A stretch of DNA of 56,634 nucleotides, filler included, from Basidiobolus meristosporus CBS 931.73 (taxonomy: Eukaryota; Fungi; Basidiobolomycota): the NCBI GenBank assembly GCA_002104905.1. It is 3 parts of 3 records of this genome, joined end to end, with 100 filler letters (N's around TTAATTAATTAA, not from the genome) between each part and the next. Parts side by side here need not be neighbours in the genome. Positions count along the whole stretch, not along the records: positions 1 to 17,732 come from MCFE01001084.1; positions 17,833 to 39,703 come from MCFE01000983.1; 1 more part is not named here. One strand, 5' to 3'. The position numbers and the translations under genes were made by a program. The notes beneath the pieces were generated by a model. The model saw only the letters and a program-made list of their open reading frames with translations. It had not been told where the DNA came from and searched no databases. Of this stretch, positions 11,168 through 18,507 are shown in pieces; position 1 is the stretch's first letter, and each line of letters opens with the position of its first letter.

Positions 11168-11693
11168 TTAGGGGAGGAAAGTCACCAAGTGGTGAAATCT
11201 TTATTTACTTATGACAAGTATCTAAAGAAGCCAAGTTAATCTGAAGTAATTCCTAGAAAGCTAGGTCTGAGAGATATCTTCCTGGTAAGCCAGGTCTGAG
11301 AGTTGAGAGGCTGAGTGGTACTATATTTCCTAGTTAGCTAGGTCTGAGAGAGGTTTCCTGGAAAGCCAGGCCTGAGAAGTGAGAATCTGAATATATCTGA
11401 GTTAAGTTATACTGGTTTGCGGTAGCTGAATTGTGGCCAGAATGGCCAGTAGACTGGGGGAACTGAGATGAATTTCTGGGCGATCACTGGCCAAATTTAC
11501 TAGGCAAATCTGACCAATTAGCATTTCAAGGATTTCAGCCAATCAGAGCCTTTACTTTGCCCGATGGTTGATCAAGCCATCTCCCAATGAGCACACATCA
11601 ATTTATTGATCAAATTTTGCTGGATCCAGGATTTGAACCCACAACCATGGGTATGGAAGGGTTAGGGATAACCACAAGGCTAAGTGTTCTTGG
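11168..11693 (-). mobile_element. Telomeric SINE unit 2 (526 bp)
   Basis: Direct repeat of unit 1; starts TTAGGGG. Confidence 0.85.
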
Positions 11694-12221
11694 TTAGGGG
11701 GGAGGAAAGTCACCAAGTGGTGAAATCTTTATTTACTTATGACAAGTATCTAAAGAAGCCAAGTTAATCTGAAGTTATTCCTAGAAAGCTAGGTCTGAGA
11801 GATATCTTCCTGGTAAGCCAGGTCTGAGAGTTGAGAGTCTGAGTGGTACTATACTTCCTAGTTAGCTAGGTCTGAGAGAGGTTTCCTGGAAAGCCAGGCC
11901 TGAGAAGTGAGAATCTGAATATATCTGAGCTAAGTTATACTGGTTTGCGGTAGCTGAATTGTGGCCAGAATGGCCAGTAGACTGGGGGAACTGAGATGAA
12001 TTTCTGGGCGATCACTGGCCAAATTTACTAGGCAAATCTGGCCAATTAGCATTTCAAGGATTTCAGCCAATCAGAGCCTTTACTTTGCCCAATGGTTGAT
12101 CAAGCCATCTCCCAATGAGCACACATCAATTTATTGATCAAATTTTGCTGGATCCAGGATTTGAACCCACAACCATGGGTATGGAAGGGTTAGGGATAAA
12201 CACAAGGCTAAGTGTTCTTGG
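11694..12221 (-). mobile_element. Telomeric SINE unit 3 (528 bp)
   Basis: Direct repeat; starts TTAGGGGGG and is followed by an extra TTAGGG (12222-12227). Confidence 0.85.
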
Positions 12222-12227
12222 TTAGGG

Positions 12228-12757
12228 TTAGGGGGGAGGAAAGTCACCAAGTGGTGAAATCTTTATTTACTTATGACAAGTATCTAAAGAAGCCAAGTTA
12301 ATCTGAAGTAATTCCTACAAAGCTAGGTCTGAGAGATATCTTCCTGGTAAGCCAGGTCTGAGAGTTGAGAAGACTGAGTGGTACTATATTTCCTAGTTAG
12401 CTAGGTCTGAGAGAGGTTTCCTGGAAAGCCAGGCCTGAGAAGTGAGAATCTGAATATATCTGAGCTAAGTTATACTGGTTTGCGGTAGCTGAATTGTGGC
12501 CAGAATGGCCAGTAGACTGGGGGAACTGAGAGGAATTTCTGGGCGATCACTGGCCAAATTTACTAGGCAAATCTGGCCAATTAGCATTTCAAGGATCTCA
12601 GCCAATCAGAGCCTTTACTTTGCCCGATGGTTGATCAAGCCATCTCCCAATGAGCACACATCAATTTATTAATCAAATTTTGCTGAATCCAGGATTTGAA
12701 CCCACAACCATGGGTATGGAAGGGTTAGGGATAACCACAAGGCTAAGTGTTCTTAGG
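12228..12757 (-). mobile_element. Telomeric SINE unit 4 (530 bp)
   Basis: Direct repeat; starts TTAGGGGGG. Confidence 0.85.
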
Positions 12758-12916
12758 TTAGGGGGGGAGGAAAGTCACCAAGTGGTGAAATCTTTATTTA
12801 CTTATGACAAGTATCTAAAGAAGCCAAGTTAATCTGAAGTAATTCCTAGAAAGCTAGGACTGAGAGATATCTTCCTGGTTAACCAGGTCTGAGAGTCAAG
12901 AAGCTGAGTGGTACTG
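12758..12916 (-). mobile_element. Telomeric SINE unit 5, 5'-truncated (~158 bp)
   Basis: Only the 3' part is present; it stops at GGTACT and is followed by GTTAGGGGGG and the LINE. Confidence 0.85.
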
Positions 12917-12979
12917 TTAGGGGGGAGACAGTCACCAACAGGTGAAATCTTTATTTCAGTTGAAACAAAGAAGCCAGTG

Positions 12980-15749
12980 CTACTGTTGTAGCTTTGATAC
13001 AAGAGTGTGTAGCTGAGGGGAATTTGTAGGTAAGTTAATAAGAAGTGATGATAGTTCTTCAGTGCTCAAGACACTGTTCAGTGGGAAGGGGGGTAGCAAG
13101 AGAGGTAAGAGTGACTTGTGAACAACATTAATGAGGGGAATGTGAGAAGGATTGATATTCATCATAAAGGGAGTGTGCTGCTGCAGATATTGCTGCCAAA
13201 GGTCTGTCAAGTACTTCAGGTAGGCCAGCTTGGGTTTTTCTGACTGCAGAATATAGTGAGCAAACTTCTTGACTTCAGGATCTCCAAGTATAGTTCTCCA
13301 GCAGGAGTCAGGTGTTGTGTGGTGTGTTCTCTTCCAGGCCTTAATCAGTGGGTTGTTGCAGTTGTGAAGTCTGAGGTATAATCTGGTTCTAAGGTAGAGA
13401 AGTCTGATCTTATAGGGCATAAACCCAAAAGCACCAAGAATAGCATGTCTGTAGGGGCATTCAGGCAAATGAGGCACCAAGGAGGTAATGCACCATACTG
13501 CAAACTTGTCAAGCTTAGTGCAGTCTCTAGAAGTAAGAGAGAGAAGTGGTAAGCCAAATTCCAGGACAGGGAAGACAAACTGCTTGAGTAGAAGGAGGCA
13601 GCTGGGAGCTGAAGTTGTAGGAGGAGTAACAGCCAGTAGCTTGTGGAGTGCCTGTCTTGCCAGGATAATTCTCTTCTTCAGGTGTGCTCCAGAGTCTAGT
13701 CCAGTAGGAAGGAAAGGAAAGCCAAGATATGTAGCAGAAACCTGAGCAGGTAGAGTGGAGTTCTCCAAGTTGATGGGAGAGCCCAAAGGTACTGTCTTTG
13801 CAATGGAAAGCTGGAGATTATTCTTCTGCAGATACTGGTGGATGGTCTGGGAGTCTTGTTGCACATTGGAGGAGGATATTCTGATGTCATCAGCAAAGAG
13901 AGTAACCAGGCAGTCAGCTGAGAGTCTTGGGAAATCATTCAGGAAGATGGCAAACAGTATAGGACCAAGCACAGAGCCTTGAACCACTCCATTAGGAACT
14001 GAGAACACAGCTGATTGCTCACTTGGGTGCAGAATTCTTGCTTGTGGATCCAGAAACAGAGACCTGACAAGGAGGGTGAGAGAGGTACTGGAGAAGCATT
14101 GCAACTTGGACCAAAGCAGATTTCTGTCAACTGAATCAAAGGCCTTAGTAATATCAAACAGAACAGAGGGATACTTGCACTGCGAGAGAGTGATCTTGGC
14201 TAAGTATGACTGCATATTCCAAGGAGAGGCCAGGAACAAAGCCAAACTGTGCAGGATGAAACTTGAGGGAGTCAGAGTAGAGCTCCTGAGCAAGCAGAAG
14301 CTCAAACACCTTTCTGCAGGTGGGCAGCAGAGATATTGGCCTGTAGGAGCTAGGATCCAGGTGCTTTCCTTTACCCTTGTACAGTGGCAGAACATTTGCA
14401 AAGGACCATTCCTCAGGAGTAGAAAGCTGGGCTGAGCATTGCTGAAACAGTGGAAGCAGAAGTGCAGACATGGCCTTGGTACTAGTCTTCAGAAGCTCAT
14501 AGGAGATTGTGTCCACACCTGGAGCAGTAGAGTTGGGAAGCCTCTTGAGCACATTATGGATTCTCCTTTGATCAAGTGCAAGTGGGATGGGCAGAGTCTT
14601 GAAGTCAGGATGAAAGCCAGGAGTTGAGTACTGCTTTGTAGAGAAGAAGATGTTAGCCAGCTGTTCTGTTGAAGGTAACTTCCTGGAAGAGGGCCTCATT
14701 GCCCTGTAGAGTCTTGATACTGTTCTTGTTATAGAGTTGGAAGATTGCAGAGGCAAGGAACTCATAATATGATCCCAGAGCTGAGTATGCAGAGTGTGGT
14801 GAATTGCCTTGGAGTGGTGTATTGCTGTCAGGAGGAGTTTCTCTGTTTTTGGGTTAGGGAAGCTCAGGTAGCTTTGTTGCAGGGCTGAAACAATGGATTC
14901 CCATTTTCTTGAGGTAACAGCAGTAGTCTTGCATGGCAGTGAGAGGGAGGCAGACACCAGAATCAGATGCTTCACAAAGAGCCAGGCATAGTTGAGATCA
15001 TCTGGCAGAGAAAGTAGCAAACTGGCAAGCTTCAAGTAGTTCCCAAAGTCTTTCTTCTGATTCTTGGTAGCTTTGTGGGTGAGCACAGTAAGTTTTGGCA
15101 GCTTCTTCTTCACAACTGGTTGCATAGAAAGGGACCAGGCTGGGTGGTCAGAGGCTCTCAAGGATCCTAGCTCAGCTCCAGAGAATTGCTTAACTTCATT
15201 CACAAAGTAGAGGGCAGCAGCAGAAGGGCAGATCCAGTCAACACATCTTTTCTCAGATTGAGCACCTAGTGCTAGCAGGTGGCTTTCTCTCAGGAAGTTC
15301 AGTAGGAATGTAGACCTTGGCTTCATTCTTGCAGTCAGAGTAGTCTTGTTCTCAGGATGGGGAATGTTGAGATCTCCAAGCAAGATAACAGGTGTTGATA
15401 TAGATTGTTGGTATTGCTGAACCTTCTGGCATATAACTTGCACTTCCTGAAGGGCAAGACTTGGAGGCAGATAGCAGAGCACCAGACTGATAGTTGGCAA
15501 CTGGAGAGCAGCACAGTAAGGGGAGTAAAGAGGAACACAGAGCTGAGGAGTATTGATGGTAGAAGAGATGAAGCAGATAGAGGAGGTATTCTTTGTTCTA
15601 GGAGTAGAAAAGCAATATAGATTAGTCAAAAGTATAGAGGGTAGCTGGACATCAATCAAACACAGGAGGGAAAATCTTGAAAGAAGTCTCTCTAGAGTTG
15701 GTCTTGATGGCTGTATGCTGTTGCAGTTAAGCAACAGAACTTCAGGTAG
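12980..15749 (-). CDS. LINE ORF2 (APE + RT, ~920 aa when repaired) with a +1 frameshift at 14183
   Basis: ORFs 14154..15734 and 12980..14401 join if the extra C at 14183 (CTGCGAGA versus CTGGAGA in copy 1) is removed. The frame is open from the codon after the ORF1 stop. Confidence 0.9.
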
Positions 15750-17258
15750 TCAGGCAGAGGTTGTAGCTTCTTCAGAGGCAGCATTGACAATGTGACCTGC
15801 AGAGTCCCAGAGCTCTTCAAATGGTGCATCACTTAAGTCAGCAAGGAGGGAAATGGCATGGTTCTTGAGGAAGTATGCCACATCATAGGAGGGGGCTTGT
15901 CTCTTGATGGCAGCAAAGAAAGACAGAATGGCAACATGGGCTGGAGGCTTGTTGAACAGTAGAGAGTCAGAGGATTCAGATTCTTCAGGCACTATCTTGA
16001 AGTCAGTTTTCAGCCAGTTAAGGTTCTTCTCCACAAAGGCAACAAATGGGTCAGCAATGTTTTGGTCTAGGATAACCTCCAGAATCTTCCCTTTTCTCCA
16101 GGCCAGGTTGACAATTCTTGAGAGCTGAATATTGCATGCCTTGAGTGCTTTCCTGATGTTGGAAATGGGAGTCCAGGGAACTTGCTTCAAGTACACCACA
16201 GTCCAGGTAGAAGCTGGTGGTAGGTTTGCTGGGGGCTTGTAAGTCCTTCTGTGTTGCAATGGAGCTGCAGTAGTCAGATTGGAGTCCACATTCTCAGTAG
16301 AAGGTTTTCTTGATGTGTCTTGCTGAATAGTACTGGAGCTGGATGTGCTGATAATTCTTGCTAGAACCTTGCCTGCATAAGTCTGAGGTATAGCTGAGGT
16401 GACTGTAGAGGTGGTGGCAGCTGGTGCAGGTGGAGAGGCAGAGACTGAAGCAGGAACTGAGGTCACCTGGGAGAAGGCAGTAGAAGCAGGTTTTCTGGGA
16501 GGAACAGAGTTCACTATCCAGTTGTTCTGTAAAACACTGGAGTAGCTTTTCTGTGGAACAGGATCTTGCTCTTGAACAGGAACAGAAGCAGGAGGCTGGG
16601 GCTGAGCAGTAGTGGTAAGGCAGTGGCACTCCAAGGAAGCTTTTTGCAAGGCATCTCTGGCAGTTTTCAGGGCAGTATTGGCTTCATTCTTGAGCTTCTT
16701 GCATTGGGCATCCAGTCTCTTGTTTTCAATAGCCAGGGCAGTATTGGCAGCCTCTAAATCAGCAATTCTCTTCTCAATTGCAAGGAATCTCTGAAGAAAT
16801 GCATCAGTAGAAGTGCTGGCATCTGGGAGAGCAGTGGCAGGAATAGAGTCCATTGACAGTGGGCTTCTTGGAGGCAAGGAAAGTGGACTGGCAGATTCAG
16901 GCACAAAAGGAGATATCCTGGCAGGAGGAGAAGGAGTATCCAAGGCAGTAACAGAGGCAATTCTTGTTGGTGAAGCAGCAGCAGGGGAGGCAAGCCTGTT
17001 CAGAAACTGGGCAGGAGAGAGTGCTTGAGGAGAGGGAGTCTTCAGCTTGCCAAGCATGTCTTCCATCAGAGTGATACCAATATTCCTGGTGCATTTGCAG
17101 AGAAAAGTAAGCTTCCTGAGTCTGCCAGCTCTTCCATTCCTTCTGATAGTTCCTTTGTTTCCACAGTTGGGGCAAGAAATCTTCTTGACAGACTTGTCAA
17201 AGCAATCAAGAACCTTCCTTTCAGGTGTAGTGGGCTCCTGTTGAGGTTTTGGTGGCAT
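15750..17258 (-). CDS. LINE ORF1 (502 aa): Zn-ribbon, Pro/Ser-rich linkers, coiled coil, probable RRM-like C-terminal domain
   Basis: ATG at 17258 (MPPK; the track start at 17285 is TTG). CPNC...FLCKC motif; heptad stretch FLAIEKRIADLEAANTALAIENKRLDAQCKKLK; C-terminal alpha/beta segment WTVVYLKQVP...ILEVILD. Confidence 0.88.
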   Translation of the reverse strand: MPPKPQQEPTTPERKVLDCFDKSVKKISCPNCGNKGTIRRNGRAGRLRKLTFLCKCTRNIGITLMEDMLGKLKTPSPQALSPAQFLNRLASPAAASPTRIASVTALDTPSPPARISPFVPESASPLSLPPRSPLSMDSIPATALPDASTSTDAFLQRFLAIEKRIADLEAANTALAIENKRLDAQCKKLKNEANTALKTARDALQKASLECHCLTTTAQPQPPASVPVQEQDPVPQKSYSSVLQNNWIVNSVPPRKPASTAFSQVTSVPASVSASPPAPAATTSTVTSAIPQTYAGKVLARIISTSSSSTIQQDTSRKPSTENVDSNLTTAAPLQHRRTYKPPANLPPASTWTVVYLKQVPWTPISNIRKALKACNIQLSRIVNLAWRKGKILEVILDQNIADPFVAFVEKNLNWLKTDFKIVPEESESSDSLLFNKPPAHVAILSFFAAIKRQAPSYDVAYFLKNHAISLLADLSDAPFEELWDSAGHIVNAASEEATTSA

Positions 17259-17327
17259 ATCCAGAGTTTCAGCTTCAAATTTCAATTTTTGAGATTTTTG
17301 GGTGATTTTTGATGGGCGGGATCAAAA

Positions 17328-17341
17328 TTAGGGTTAGGGTT
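17328..17341 (+). repeat. Internal telomere repeat TTAGGGTTAGGGTT
   Basis: Directly visible 70 nt upstream of the ORF1 ATG. Confidence 0.9.
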
Positions 17342-17382
17342 GCGCGCTGTGACTGCTTTTTACGATCGCAAGGTCAGAACCT

Positions 17383-17573
17383 AGGAAAAAATAAAAATAG
17401 TTAGTAAAGGTGATTTAATGGATGGATGGATGGATTCGGAGTCAGATTCAATCAAAAAATCAAATCGTTGACTAATTTAAAGAGGAAAAAATAAAAATAG
17501 TTAGTAAAGGTGATTTAATGGATGGATGGATGGATTCGGAGTCAGATTCAATCAAAAAATCAAATCGTTGACT
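17383..17573. repeat. Exact 91-bp direct duplication (period 100) containing (GGAT)n
   Basis: 17383-17473 equals 17483-17573, with a 9-nt spacer AATTTAAAG. Confidence 0.95.
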
Positions 17574-17732
17574 TAGAGGTTAGGGTTAGGGTTAGGGTTA
17601 GGGTTAGGGTTAGGGTTAGGGTTAGGGTTAGGGTTAGGGTTAGGGTTAGGGTTAGGGTTAGGGTTAGGGTTAGGGTTAGGGTTAGGGTTAGGGTTAGGGT
17701 TAGGGTTAGGGTTAGGGTTAGGGTTAGGGGGT
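17574..17732 (+). repeat. Telomere (TTAGGG)25
   Basis: Perfect repeats 17580-17729, preceded by TAGAGG and ending GGT at the contig end; the G-rich strand runs toward the end as expected. Confidence 0.97.
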
Positions 17733-17832
17733 NNNNNNNNNNNNNNNNNNNNNNNNNNNNNNNNNNNNNNNNNNNNTTAATTAATTAANNNNNNNNNNNN
17801 NNNNNNNNNNNNNNNNNNNNNNNNNNNNNNNN
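17733..17832. other. Artificial contig linker (N44-TTAATTAATTAA-N44)
   Basis: Exactly 100 nt with a stop codon in all six frames; repeated identically at 39704. Confidence 0.98.
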
Positions 17833-17934
17833 CGCTTGCACCTGTTCCAACCTCACGCATAATTGGTAACTCTATCAAAATTCACCATGCAACCTGGGTT
17901 TCTTGTCTGGTCTCCTTTTTCCATGCCTCTGGCC

Positions 17935-18507
17935 TGTTGTAGGAGTTTTGGAGATACTGGAAGTGATTGCAAGACCAAGTGGATCATGTGGTTTTCACTT
18001 GATGATCTTTTGAATGTAAAAGTAGTATTTGTACTTTGACATGGCTTTGGCAAAATCAACCTGTGGAATATGCTCAGGAAGGTCCTGAGAGCATGTGTGC
18101 AGAGTTCAGGACTGTTTGGACAACCTTGAGATATATTGTGTTCTGGGTACCTGATGTTTTGGTGAGATTACTCCAACTAACTCCCAACAAGGAATCTGGT
18201 CAGAATTCTCTAAGATTTTTAGGTAATGAGTGTTTTGCTCAAATAATCAAAATTGATGTGTCTAAATCTCCTGAGCCAATGTAATGGTGTTTCCTAAATT
18301 AAGTTACTTATATTGGTACTCAGATATGGTGGAATACAAATCAACTTGTATATATTCCAGTCTCTGATACCTATAGTAATTGGAGAATTATTTTGACAAG
18401 TGATTCAGTATCCATAGTTGTCAAAACTCAAAGCAGGTCCTTCTGCTATGGCCTTGCATACAGATAGTTGGTTCTTGGCTATCTCTGGTACACAGAGTAC
18501 TTGTGTG
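17935..18507 (-). mobile_element. Degenerate copia LTR (~17935-18230) and copia internal fragment
   Basis: Reverse complement of the LTR family; 18290-18507 matches 19900-20100 in reverse orientation. Confidence 0.75.

Larger units (their letters stand above)
12917..17327 (-). mobile_element. Telomeric LINE copy 2, apparently full length (ORF1 + ORF2, ~60 nt 3' UTR)
   Basis: Two long ORFs; flanked by TTAGGGGGG proximally and TTAGGGTTAGGGTT distally. Confidence 0.95.

Noticed and set aside
10642-12916. The repeat as the telomerase RNA gene, a CRISPR array or a collapsed-assembly artifact
   Set aside because: Multi-copy, 5'-truncated and LINE-tailed, which fits a SINE rather than a single-copy telomerase RNA. 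No spacers and a eukaryotic context exclude CRISPR. Unit-specific SNPs and junctions argue against an artifact.
7903-15795. Short overlapping and antisense ORFs within the LINE copies (for example 8046..8303, 8313..8540, 13488..13745) and 12650..12832 in the SINE
   Set aside because: They recur only because the copies are ~99% identical; no motifs, and mostly non-ATG starts.
17259-17285. ORF1 start at 17285
   Set aside because: The codon is TTG; the first ATG is at 17258.
12917-17327. Identification as MoTeR, Penelope-like (Athena/Coprina) or TERT
   Set aside because: It has an N-terminal APE domain, a separate ORF1 and a typical LINE RT; no GIY-YIG, no C-terminal CCHC/restriction-like endonuclease motif and no TERT-specific motifs were seen.
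17522-17788. ORF encoding (VR)n
   Set aside because: Translation of (TTAGGG)n running into Ns; no evidence of a gene.
17733-17832. TTAATTAATTAA palindrome between N runs (also 39704-39803) as a biological site
   Set aside because: Identical 100-nt construct with six-frame stops; an assembly linker. Adjacency of the telomere to the TE block is therefore meaningless.
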